Part shown: piece after piece, positions 19,896 through 28,487 of the stretch
How the letters are laid out: each line of letters begins with the position of its first letter
Numbering within the stretch: position 1 is the stretch's first letter
Origin: a bacterium
Lineage (GTDB): Bacteria; Margulisbacteria; WOR-1; O2-12-FULL-45-9; XYB2-FULL-48-7
Direction of reading: 5' to 3'
DNA length: 57,389 nucleotides
NCBI GenBank assembly: GCA_043812655.1
Contig: JBDRLW010000022.1
Location: 1-57,389 of the forward strand
Program-made: the position numbers and the translations under genes
The notes under the pieces: generated by a model
Databases searched by the model: none
What the model was told of the DNA's origin: nothing
Seen by the model: only the letters and a program-made list of their open reading frames with translations

Positions 19896-20686
19896 AGTAC
19901 CAAATAACAAGCTCCAAATTACAAACAATACCAAAATTACAATTTATCAATTTTAATATTGTAATTTGTTTGTTATTTGTTATTTGGATCTTAGGATTTA
20001 CCGCGCTGGCCGAAACAAAAGCCTATGACGGAGTTTGGTTTTTAGGTTTCAACGTTAAGAGACCACCATTTAACCAGCTAGCGGTCAGACAAGCGGTCGC
20101 CCATTCAATAGATAAAGATTATATTGCCAGTAAAATTATCGGTGACGAACAAATTCCAGCCGGTTTTATCCCGCCCGGAATGCTGGGAAGCGATCCAACG
20201 CTCAAACCTTATAAGACTAATCTGGCTTTTGCCAAGAAACTGATCAAAAAAGCTAAATTAACCAATAAAAAAATCTCACTGCTCCATACCGATGGGGTAA
20301 AAACCCTGGAGATCGCCAAAAAGATCAGCTCTGATCTTAAAGCTTTGGGCTTTACCGTCACTTTAGTCCAGGTCAGTTTTAGGGATGAAAAGAAGTGGGC
20401 AGAACTTCTGGCTTCCAAAAACTATCCCCTTTTCCTAATGGGCTATAAAGCTGATGAAACAGAAGGCACCCCCGATACAGCCACACTCCTTGGTCCGTTA
20501 TTTAAATCAAGAGGCGATGCCAACTTTTCCGGTTATGGCTATGCTAAAACCGATAAACTTTTTAGCCAAATCTCTCTTGTCCCACTCTCTTCAGCCAAAG
20601 AAAGAGAAATGACCTTAAAAAAGATCGGCCAGATCCTCTATCGCGATCTTCCTGGATTGGTCTTGTTCTATATTGAAAAACTTTAA
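19892..20686 (+). CDS. Short family-5 ABC solute-binding-like exported protein
   Basis: FNVKRPPF..VRQAVAHSID..I; C-terminal half of an SBP_bac_5 fold; hydrophobic N-terminus. Confidence 0.7.
   Translation: MKYQITSSKLQTIPKLQFINFNIVICLLFVIWILGFTALAETKAYDGVWFLGFNVKRPPFNQLAVRQAVAHSIDKDYIASKIIGDEQIPAGFIPPGMLGSDPTLKPYKTNLAFAKKLIKKAKLTNKKISLLHTDGVKTLEIAKKISSDLKALGFTVTLVQVSFRDEKKWAELLASKNYPLFLMGYKADETEGTPDTATLLGPLFKSRGDANFSGYGYAKTDKLFSQISLVPLSSAKEREMTLKKIGQILYRDLPGLVLFYIEKL
19900..19999. repeat. Inverted heptamer arrays (CAAATWA-type / TTGTWAT-type) forming the gene's N-terminus
   Basis: caaataa caagctc caaatta caaacaa ... ttgtaat ttgtttg ... ttgttat ttggatc ttaggat. Confidence 0.7.
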
Positions 20687-20910
20687 TGGATTCCATTAAC
20701 TATTTTTTGCGGGTCAAGAAAGTTGACATTTATCTGATCTGTCCCTATTTTGAAGCGTTTGAAGGCTTGGCCGCCATTAGGACGCCAAAGCCAGAGGTTG
20801 GCGAGTTTGCAACATTAAAACTTATGGTCTCGCCCGATTTTAAAGATGATCTAGAAAAGATCATCGCCAATTTAGGCAAGAAGGTTTATCTTGAACGAAT
20901 ATCTGAATAA
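20686..20910 (+). CDS. Small protein, DUF4911-like
   Basis: YFEAFEGLAAIRT resembles DUF4911; translationally coupled to both neighbours. Confidence 0.6.
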   Translation: MDSINYFLRVKKVDIYLICPYFEAFEGLAAIRTPKPEVGEFATLKLMVSPDFKDDLEKIIANLGKKVYLERISE

Positions 20911-21406
20911 AATTAAAGAGTGGCTAACACCGCGGGAGATCGTCCGCGATATTTATGAGATAAATTTCGCCTCTTTGAAGAAAAAAGGGATAAAGGCTTT
21001 AATCCTTGATATCGACGATACTTTAATTCCTAGAGAAGTTAACGACATCTACCCTAAGCTTTTTGAATGGGTTGTAAGTCGAAAAGAAGAAGGATTTAAG
21101 CTCTGTTTAAGTTCAAATAGCCGCCATCCTCTCCGGGTAAAATATTTTGGAGAGGCCCTCGGCATCCCTTATATGCATTTAAGTTTTAAACCACTCCCCA
21201 GCGCGTTCCACAAATCACTTGAGCTCTTGCGATCGAAGCCGGAAGAGACCGCAATGATCGGCGACCAGCTCTTTATGGATATTTTGGGGGCTAATTTTTT
21301 AAATATCTATTCGATCTTTATCAACCACAAAAAAGAGGAATCAATGTTGATCAGACAGTGGATGCGCCAGGCAGAGCAGTGGGTGTTGTCTAAATTAAAC
21401 TCTTAA
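20891..21406 (+). CDS. YqeG-family HAD IIIA phosphatase
   Basis: ILDIDDTL, SSN, KP, IGDQLFMDILGAN. Confidence 0.9.
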   Translation: MNEYLNKIKEWLTPREIVRDIYEINFASLKKKGIKALILDIDDTLIPREVNDIYPKLFEWVVSRKEEGFKLCLSSNSRHPLRVKYFGEALGIPYMHLSFKPLPSAFHKSLELLRSKPEETAMIGDQLFMDILGANFLNIYSIFINHKKEESMLIRQWMRQAEQWVLSKLNS

Positions 21407-21986
21407 GGGCGTCTTTGAGGATCTCTTCGACCGAAATTTTATCGCTGGTTTCAACCCGCGCGATCGCGTCCCTGGCTTCTTTCGGTGAATAACCAAGAGA
21501 CATTAACGCGGAAATTGAATCAGAGATAATATTTTGGTCTCCCTTCATGCCAACCGCGATCTCTGAAGGCTTAAGCGCGTAGGCTTTACTAATTTTTTCT
21601 TTTAATTCCACGACAATTCGTTCGGCCGTCTTCTTCCCCACCCCAGAAATGGAAGAGAGGATCGCTACATCACCTTGAGCCACAGCCGAAACCAGCCGAT
21701 CGATCGGAAAACCGGAAATTAGCGACATCGCTAGCTTGGGGCCAATCCCCGAAACTGATAAAAAAAGCGAAAAAAGGTGCCGCTCTTCCTTGCTTAAAAA
21801 GCCATAGAGGGAAATATCATCTTCGCGCACCACTTGGATCGTTAGCAACCTGACTTTTTCGTTAAGCGGGGGAAGCTTGGCGGCGACCGAAGCGGGCACT
21901 TTTACTTTATAGCCAACGCCATTAACATCAATGACTACCGAATTGGGTTCAATTAAATGAAGCTCACCATGAAGATGAGAGATCAT
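21390..21986 (-). CDS. ruvA: Holliday junction branch migration protein
   Basis: VNGVGY, VREDDISLYGF, SVSGIGPK, ALMSLGY. Confidence 0.96.
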   Translation of the reverse strand: MISHLHGELHLIEPNSVVIDVNGVGYKVKVPASVAAKLPPLNEKVRLLTIQVVREDDISLYGFLSKEERHLFSLFLSVSGIGPKLAMSLISGFPIDRLVSAVAQGDVAILSSISGVGKKTAERIVVELKEKISKAYALKPSEIAVGMKGDQNIISDSISALMSLGYSPKEARDAIARVETSDKISVEEILKDALKSLI

Positions 21987-22480
21987 GACTTGCTGTAAAT
22001 AATATTGCGGAGCTTATTGGAATTTAGGTGGCAGATCGCGACCGCCAAAGCGTCGGCCGCGTCATCTGGTTTTGGGACTTCGACTAATTTTAATAAGATC
22101 CGGACCATCTGCTGGATCTGCTTTTTTTCCGCTTTGCCGTAACCGGTCAGCGCCATTTTTACTTCGAGCGGCGTGTATTCCGAGATCTTGATCTTATGTT
22201 CCGCGGCCGCTAAAAGGATTATTCCTCTGGCCTGCCCCACCGCCATCGCGGTCTTAGAATTTTCACCGAAAAACAAGCGCTCAACCGCCATCATATCTGG
22301 TTTGTGCCTTAAAATAAGTTTTTTTGTCTCTTGATATATAATTCCTAGACGATTTTGGGCCGATTCCTTTGAAGAAGTTAAAATGCAGCCTGATTCGATG
22401 TGGTAAATGTTGTCGCCCTGCTGTCTTACAAGGCCGAAACCTGTTGTCGCTGTTCCCGGATCAATTCCAAGCGTTAACAT
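21983..22480 (-). CDS. ruvC: Holliday junction resolvase
   Basis: LGIDPG, GQARG, YTPLEVK, DAADALAVAICH. Confidence 0.97.
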   Translation of the reverse strand: MLTLGIDPGTATTGFGLVRQQGDNIYHIESGCILTSSKESAQNRLGIIYQETKKLILRHKPDMMAVERLFFGENSKTAMAVGQARGIILLAAAEHKIKISEYTPLEVKMALTGYGKAEKKQIQQMVRILLKLVEVPKPDDAADALAVAICHLNSNKLRNIIYSKS

Positions 22481-22499
22481 TAAATGTATTGTAGCACGC

Positions 22500-25493
22500 T
22501 TACAAATTTATCTCAACATTTCCGGAGATATCAGTGTATCTATAGTCGGGAGCGCGGCTGATCTCATGTTCAACCCGCAAAGAAATATTAACATAATCAC
22601 TAACGCCATATTTTCCCCTGAGCGAATAATTTATTTTCTCGGTTGTCAGGCCGGCGTAAGACCTGGAAAAAAGCGCGTCAAAGTCGATCCGCAAAGTATC
22701 CCCCTGCTTAAAAATAAAACCGCAGCCGGGAGCATAAGTATAACTGACCGGGGTAGCCGATAAAAAATCAGTCGTCTTAGCCAGCGACCCAGAGAGGCTT
22801 AGAGAGAGCGGCTCAGAGACATTCCAGGTTCCCTTAATATATCCGGTATGGCTAAGGCTATCTGCGACATTGGCGGCGGCCTCACCCGTTCCTTGGCGGA
22901 TCCTTTGGTAAGTGTATCTTGAATCGATCGAGAACCTTTCAGAAATTGAGGTCTTGATCGCCGCGTCAAATTTCTTGCCGGTACTGATCCCCGCCGTATA
23001 GGCAAGCGGTTCAAGCGTTGCCAAAGTAGTGGACGCACCGTTTTCCAATAAATAATTAAATTCAGTGGAAAAGATCTTGAACGGCGCCATTTTCAGCGTG
23101 TAGAGCATTGAATCGGTATCAGCGGTATTATCTTTAACCGTATAATCTATTTTAGAAATATTAAAATTATGGCCGACTTTATAGATCACCCCAAGCATTA
23201 ACTCGTTAATAGGGATAATATTGATTTCCGTCTGTTGCTGTTCATTATTAAAACTGATCGTGTCGGTCCGCGGTATTTTGGTAAAGTTCGGTTTAAAAAG
23301 ATAACGGAGCCTAAGCAGCCTGGAGGGGCGAAGATCGATCGAAAAAGAGCCGTTTTGTTTTGACACTACTTCTGTCGTGGTATAAATTTCGTTAACTGTC
23401 GTGATCGTATATTTGCCGTCGGTCCGTAATATTTCCGACGGCTCCGCCCGATAAGAGAGATCGACCGTGTTTTTTTCCCCCTGCGCGCTGTCATCTAAAA
23501 ATTCGAGCGAAGTCGAGGCAAAGTATGATTTAGACGGCGTGGCCGCCAGGTTAAGATTATATGTTTTCCTGTAGGGCAGAGAACCATCCGGTTCCTGGCG
23601 CTTTTCAATTTCCACGTTAGAAGTAAACGTTAATTTTTCGATCCCAACCGTAGCCAAACCAAAATTAACCCGTTTATAATTGGTCGCTTCTTCCGACGGC
23701 GACCGGTTAAGCCATTCTTCCAGCGTCCCTTTTAAACTCGCGGCAAAAAAACCAAAGCGATAAGCGCTTTCGGCCGAGTTGCGGGTAATGATCCTTTGGA
23801 TATTGCTCCCGGTCACCGGGTCATTGCTCTGGTCGTCTTGGGAATAAATATATTCAAGCGATGGCAGTTGATCTGGCGTTAGATCGATCTTGGCGCTTTT
23901 TGATTTATTTTCGTAATAGACTCCGCTTTGCAAGTATTTTTCGTAGCTCTGCTTCCCCTGCACGCCTAAAAGCGGCCCGGGACGGAGCGAGAGCGATAAG
24001 CCATATTCGGTCAGGTCTTGTTTTGGGTCAGGATCGGCCAGTGCCAGGAATTTGGCGCTGATCCGTTTCCCTTTGGCCGCGATCCCTAGCATTCCTAGCT
24101 GGGTGGAAAGATCAAGCTTGGCCGCCCGCCCTGCTTCTTCACTGCCGGTGGCCAGGATATTCCTATTTTTATTTGAATAAGCGATCTCGCCATTGGCCGT
24201 TAAATTTTCGGAGACAAACGAACCGTCACCCCCTACTATATAATGGCCCTGCGGATCGATCGGGTTGCTCTGCATATTCTGCCTCGCCTCTGCCGCCCCC
24301 GCTAAATTATCTGAATCGTTAAGATAGGTCGCTCCCACTTTTAGGTTTGGATAAGGTTTGGCCGTCAGCCGAATTCCATAGGTTGAGTGCTGGTAAATTA
24401 CTTGGCTATAATCATAATTGATGGTGATGATCGATTTTGGGTCGATCGTCTTTTTTGAGAAAGTAACAGTCCCCGCCTGGTAATCGATCGTGTAATCATC
24501 ACCTCGTTTTTGCGCCACACCATCAACAAAAACCTTTTCACTATTAATAACGACCGGAGCCGACCCTAAACTGTACGGGCCCTGCGTCCCATCGCCATAA
24601 TTCTTGAACTGTTTCGCTTCCCCTTTAGGTGTTGAATAAAGGGCGTTAAAACCCCAGGCGTCATAATCACCCCGAACCTTAACCCCGGATAAAACATTAT
24701 TTAATTTGGCAAATTCCGTCTCAGTAAGGTCAGCCGTAAAATCGCCAAGATAAGCTTCCGTACTCCCTCTCCTAAGCAAAACCGAGATCTTGTCTTCCCT
24801 TTGAGCGACCTGTGACGTTCCAGTCGTGCTCGTGCTGATCAAATTAGCATTAACTTCTGTCCCATCGGTTTTACCAGCAATGCTTAAGCGCAATGATTCA
24901 TCCCGATTATTGCCAGCCACAAAGCCTTCTTTACTCCCAACAATGCTTTTTGAACTAAAGCTAAGGAGTTTTGTCCCTTTAATGATAAAAGGTGAAGCTT
25001 CGGGTGAGGTAGCAGTGATAGAGATCGCTTCCCCCGTCACTATCGGCAACGGTTCTTCTTTCTCTTCTTCACCGACCCCAACTCCAGACTCCACACTCCC
25101 AACTCTCCCACCCCCCACCATCCGGTACCAAACGATCGACTTGGACCAATTATTAGCAACGGGAACTGGGTTAAACTTTACCGACTTTACCCAGACTGTA
25201 AAAAAATGACCGCCTGTTTGATAATCGCTTGGTATCTTGAATTTTCCCCAAAAATAACCGTGATTATAAAACATTGGGATCTTCTCTTCCCGGTCAGAAT
25301 AGACAGTAACCTTGGTAGCCGGATAAAAAGTTTTGACGCGAAGGGTAATCTCCTGCCCAACCGCTGGCGGGTAATCCGGGAAAATACTTAGAGAATACTC
25401 ATTGGTGTAGATGCCCAGTTCGGGCCTTGGATTAGCAGCAAAAACAGCTTGGATTAAGATCAGGGAAAAACCAATTAACAATATTCGCCGCAT
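22500..25493 (-). CDS. Large exported/outer-membrane beta-barrel-like protein
   Basis: Sec signal; RGDDYTIDYQAGTVTF motif seen in SprA-like and other large barrels; alternating beta-strand pattern; C-terminal NVEINL. Confidence 0.75.
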   Translation of the reverse strand: MRRILLIGFSLILIQAVFAANPRPELGIYTNEYSLSIFPDYPPAVGQEITLRVKTFYPATKVTVYSDREEKIPMFYNHGYFWGKFKIPSDYQTGGHFFTVWVKSVKFNPVPVANNWSKSIVWYRMVGGGRVGSVESGVGVGEEEKEEPLPIVTGEAISITATSPEASPFIIKGTKLLSFSSKSIVGSKEGFVAGNNRDESLRLSIAGKTDGTEVNANLISTSTTGTSQVAQREDKISVLLRRGSTEAYLGDFTADLTETEFAKLNNVLSGVKVRGDYDAWGFNALYSTPKGEAKQFKNYGDGTQGPYSLGSAPVVINSEKVFVDGVAQKRGDDYTIDYQAGTVTFSKKTIDPKSIITINYDYSQVIYQHSTYGIRLTAKPYPNLKVGATYLNDSDNLAGAAEARQNMQSNPIDPQGHYIVGGDGSFVSENLTANGEIAYSNKNRNILATGSEEAGRAAKLDLSTQLGMLGIAAKGKRISAKFLALADPDPKQDLTEYGLSLSLRPGPLLGVQGKQSYEKYLQSGVYYENKSKSAKIDLTPDQLPSLEYIYSQDDQSNDPVTGSNIQRIITRNSAESAYRFGFFAASLKGTLEEWLNRSPSEEATNYKRVNFGLATVGIEKLTFTSNVEIEKRQEPDGSLPYRKTYNLNLAATPSKSYFASTSLEFLDDSAQGEKNTVDLSYRAEPSEILRTDGKYTITTVNEIYTTTEVVSKQNGSFSIDLRPSRLLRLRYLFKPNFTKIPRTDTISFNNEQQQTEINIIPINELMLGVIYKVGHNFNISKIDYTVKDNTADTDSMLYTLKMAPFKIFSTEFNYLLENGASTTLATLEPLAYTAGISTGKKFDAAIKTSISERFSIDSRYTYQRIRQGTGEAAANVADSLSHTGYIKGTWNVSEPLSLSLSGSLAKTTDFLSATPVSYTYAPGCGFIFKQGDTLRIDFDALFSRSYAGLTTEKINYSLRGKYGVSDYVNISLRVEHEISRAPDYRYTDISGNVEINL

Positions 25494-25605
25494 TTACAAA
25501 ACCCCAATAGCCTTCCGACAATTTTTTCGCGTTTGAATGTTATATTTTATCATTTTGTTTGATCGATCTTTGAGCGGGACACCCCCACCACCAATTACAA
25601 TAATA

Positions 25606-25633
25606 TTATCATCAAATTTTTTGAATAATTTCA
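25606..25633 (-). promoter_or_regulatory. sigma28-like promoter TGAAATT-N13-GATGATAA
   Basis: Same spacing as the other copies; upstream of the 997-aa gene. Confidence 0.5.
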
Positions 25634-25670
25634 GATCATTAGGCAAATAAATGATATTGAAGATCATTTC

Positions 25671-26132
25671 AAACTCTAAGCACTAAACCCTAAACTCTAA
25701 ATAATTTCAAAATTCAAATACTAAAATGGGGATTATTTACATCGCTCAAGGATTGCACCAAAGATTTTCGTAAATTCGGTGGCTTCCTGGATGAGAAACG
25801 CTTTTCTATTATCATCAGCCGGCTGCGGCTCAGACAAATGTAGCCAATAACGACTTTCTTTAGCTTCCTTTCGGCAAATTTTGACTCTCATAACAAAATT
25901 TTTCTTACTCAGGGATTCATTGGCTTCAATATAATTTGCGCCAACTGAACCGGCAGACCTAAATAGTTGTTTGCCTATTTCGATATTAGTTATAGTTTTT
26001 GGTAAAGCCTTTACATAAAGCTTTACTTTGTTGGCAAAACTAAAGGTTCTCTCTTCCAGATCAAATATTTTAGTCATTTGAATTTCCGTCATTTTAATTT
26101 ATTTAGGATTTAGAACTTAGGATTTAGAGTTT
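25671..26132 (-). mobile_element. Four-helix-bundle cassette bounded by inverted heptamer arrays (IVS-like)
   Basis: 31-nt arms 25671-25701 and 26102-26132 are imperfect inverted repeats of NNCTAAR units; an ORF-less twin lies at 45422-45544. Mobility is inferred. Confidence 0.6.
25733..26092 (-). CDS. Four helix bundle protein (23S rRNA IVP-like family)
   Basis: FDLEERT..F, QLFRSAGSVGANYIEA, ICRKEAKESRYWL. Confidence 0.92.
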   Translation of the reverse strand: MTEIQMTKIFDLEERTFSFANKVKLYVKALPKTITNIEIGKQLFRSAGSVGANYIEANESLSKKNFVMRVKICRKEAKESRYWLHLSEPQPADDNRKAFLIQEATEFTKIFGAILERCK

Positions 26133-26189
26133 ATTCAATTAAGGCGAAGCACCCCGATACCCTGGAGCACTCCGCCCATAATTATGTAA

Positions 26190-26205
26190 AGCAAGTGTTT
26201 TGCCA
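26190..26205 (-). promoter_or_regulatory. sigma54 -24/-12 promoter
   Basis: TGGCAAAACACTTGCT on the minus strand with exact consensus spacing; points into a hairpin and the four-helix cassette. Confidence 0.65.
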
Positions 26206-26262
26206 CGATTATTTTTGGGAGATCGTCTAAGTTTTCGTCACTAGATGTTGTATAATTAAATA

Positions 26263-27021
26263 ATGATACTTGCGATCGATATAGGAAACACTAGTACTCA
26301 TTTTGGGCTTTTTAACGGCAAGAAGCTGGTTAAGGCATGGCGTTTTCCTACTAACAGACTAACAAACTATCCAATGGCTCGACAAGCTCGCCATCCCAGC
26401 CATCCCGAGCTATGTCGAGGGACTAACCAACTAACTGACTTACAAACGATCGTCTCCTCCGTCGTCCCCAGCGCCAGCAAAATAATTAAAAAGCTCTTTC
26501 CGAAAGCCATTTTCATCTCACACAAAAATGCCGGTGTTAAAGTTAAACTAAAAAAACCAGCGGAAGTTGGAATTGATCGCCTGGTAAATGCGGTTGCTGC
26601 TTATTCTCTCTACGGCGGACCGGCAATTATCATTGATTTTGGTACCGCCACCACGTTTGATGTTATTAGTGCCAAAGGTGAATATCTGGGCGGGGCGATC
26701 GCACCGGGGATCGTGTTAGCCAGGGATGCCCTTCATGAAAGAACCGCCAAACTTCCTAAAATCGAGATCAAAGCCCCAAAACACGTTATCGGCAAATCAA
26801 CCACCGAAGCGATACAGTCTGGACTCGTCTATGGCTATGTAGCTATGGTTGAGGGGATGATTAAGCGAATAAAATCCGATTCACGATTCACGGTTCACGA
26901 CCCACGAATCATTACCACCGGCGGCTACGCGAAATTAATAGGGAAATACGCCCGCGGAATTGCTATAATTGATACGGAATTAACGCTGAAAGGATTAAAT
27001 ATAATTTGTCAGAAGAACTAA
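26263..27021 (+). CDS. coaX: Type III pantothenate kinase with repeat-derived internal segments
   Basis: AIDIGNT, SSVVP, VGIDR, IDFGTATT, TGG, LTLKGL. Confidence 0.95.
   Translation: MILAIDIGNTSTHFGLFNGKKLVKAWRFPTNRLTNYPMARQARHPSHPELCRGTNQLTDLQTIVSSVVPSASKIIKKLFPKAIFISHKNAGVKVKLKKPAEVGIDRLVNAVAAYSLYGGPAIIIDFGTATTFDVISAKGEYLGGAIAPGIVLARDALHERTAKLPKIEIKAPKHVIGKSTTEAIQSGLVYGYVAMVEGMIKRIKSDSRFTVHDPRIITTGGYAKLIGKYARGIAIIDTELTLKGLNIICQKN
26350..26440. repeat. Octamer array (ACTAACNR) with an embedded REP-like hairpin, in frame in coaX
   Basis: actaacag actaacaa actatcca ... ctcgacaagctcg..cgagctatgtcgag ... actaacca actaactg. Confidence 0.75.
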
Positions 27022-28487
27022 ACGATCTAATTAAAGTCCGTCACGATAAGCTGGCCGAATTCCGGCAAAGCGGGATGGAGCCATATCCCTACGGATTTAA
27101 GAAAACTGCAGAAGCCACAGAGATCTTAGAAAAATACCAAGCTCTTAAAGAAGGGGAAGAGAGCCCGGAAGAAGTCTCGCTGGCCGGACGCGTCGTTTTA
27201 AAACGAGGTCATGGCAAAGCGGCGTTTGCCCACATCATGGACCAATCGGGCAAGATCCAGGTTTATGGCAAGCTTGATATCCTGGGCGAAAAACTTTTTG
27301 CCCTATATCAAAAGCTCGACCTCGGCGATTTTATCGGTGTGACCGGCAAAGTCTTCAAGACCAAAACCGGGGAAGTCACTATCCGCTTATCATCTTTTGT
27401 CATGCTTTCCAAATCCCTTCTCCCCCTGCCGGAAAAGTGGCATGGATTGCAGGATAAGGAGCTCCGATACCGGGAACGCTATCTTGACCTGATCGTCAAT
27501 CCAGACGTCAAAGATGTTTTTATTAAACGGAGCAAGATCGTTTCGCTGATCCGTAAATTTTTGGAGGCCAAAGGCTTTCTTGAAGTTGAAACGCCGATCC
27601 TTCATGTTATGCAAGGCGGCGCGGCGGCGCGGCCGTTTGAAACTTTCCACGATGCCCTCGATATGCCGCTCTTTATGCGGATCGCCCCTGAACTTTACTT
27701 GAAGCGCCTTTTAGTCGGCGGTTTTGAAAAAGTCTTTGAAATGGGACGGGTTTTCCGCAATGAAGGGATGTCGTATAAACATAACCCGGAATACACCATG
27801 ATCGAGATCTATCAAGCCTACGTCGATTATAAAGACATTATGCAATTAACCGAAGACCTGATCGTTGCCGCCGCTAAAGAAGTCTTGGGAACACTAGAAA
27901 TTGAATATAAGGGTGAAAAGATCAGTTTAGCTCCGCCTTGGAAAAAGATCACTCTGCTTGACGCTTTAAAAGAGGTTGGGGTCGATCTTAACGGTAAAAA
28001 CGATCATGAGATCAGGGCGATCGGCAAGTCAAAAGGGATCGAGGGAGCGGAAGAAATTGGCGTCGGAAAAGTCATTAATGTTCTATACGATAAATTTGTC
28101 GAGCCAACACTAAGACAGCCGACTTTTATCATCGATCATCCACTGGAGACTTCTCCCTTGGCCAAAAAACATCGGAGCAAGCCGGGCGAGGTTGAGCGCT
28201 TTGAATTAATAATTGCCGGCATGGAATTAGCTAACGCTTTTTCTGAACTAAATGACCCTCTCGACCAGCGCGAACGGTTAAAAAAACAAGCTGAACTAAA
28301 GGCGGCTGGCGATGAAGAAGCTGAATCGATGGATGAGGATTTCTTGCGGGCCTTGGAATATGGGATGCCCCCGGCCGGCGGGCTAGGCATCGGCATTGAC
28401 CGCCTGGTCATGATCTTAACCAATCAACCATCGATCCGCGATGTCTTGTTTTTCCCACACATGAAACCCATCCATGAAAGTCATTGA
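27006..28487 (+). CDS. lysS: Lysyl-tRNA synthetase class II
   Basis: LPEKWHGL, GGAAARPF, RIAPELYLKRL, FRNEG, GIGIDRL; TTG start. Confidence 0.98.
   Translation: MSEELNDLIKVRHDKLAEFRQSGMEPYPYGFKKTAEATEILEKYQALKEGEESPEEVSLAGRVVLKRGHGKAAFAHIMDQSGKIQVYGKLDILGEKLFALYQKLDLGDFIGVTGKVFKTKTGEVTIRLSSFVMLSKSLLPLPEKWHGLQDKELRYRERYLDLIVNPDVKDVFIKRSKIVSLIRKFLEAKGFLEVETPILHVMQGGAAARPFETFHDALDMPLFMRIAPELYLKRLLVGGFEKVFEMGRVFRNEGMSYKHNPEYTMIEIYQAYVDYKDIMQLTEDLIVAAAKEVLGTLEIEYKGEKISLAPPWKKITLLDALKEVGVDLNGKNDHEIRAIGKSKGIEGAEEIGVGKVINVLYDKFVEPTLRQPTFIIDHPLETSPLAKKHRSKPGEVERFELIIAGMELANAFSELNDPLDQRERLKKQAELKAAGDEEAESMDEDFLRALEYGMPPAGGLGIGIDRLVMILTNQPSIRDVLFFPHMKPIHESH

Noticed and set aside
25494..25667. 57-aa minus-strand ORF (MIFNIIYLPND...IIVIGGGGVP...) ending at the OMP start
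   Set aside because: No SD, overlaps the sigma28-like motif, no convincing homology; cannot be supported.
25733..26092. Diversity-generating retroelement (Avd-like gene)
   Set aside because: No reverse transcriptase and no TR/VR pair seen in the window.
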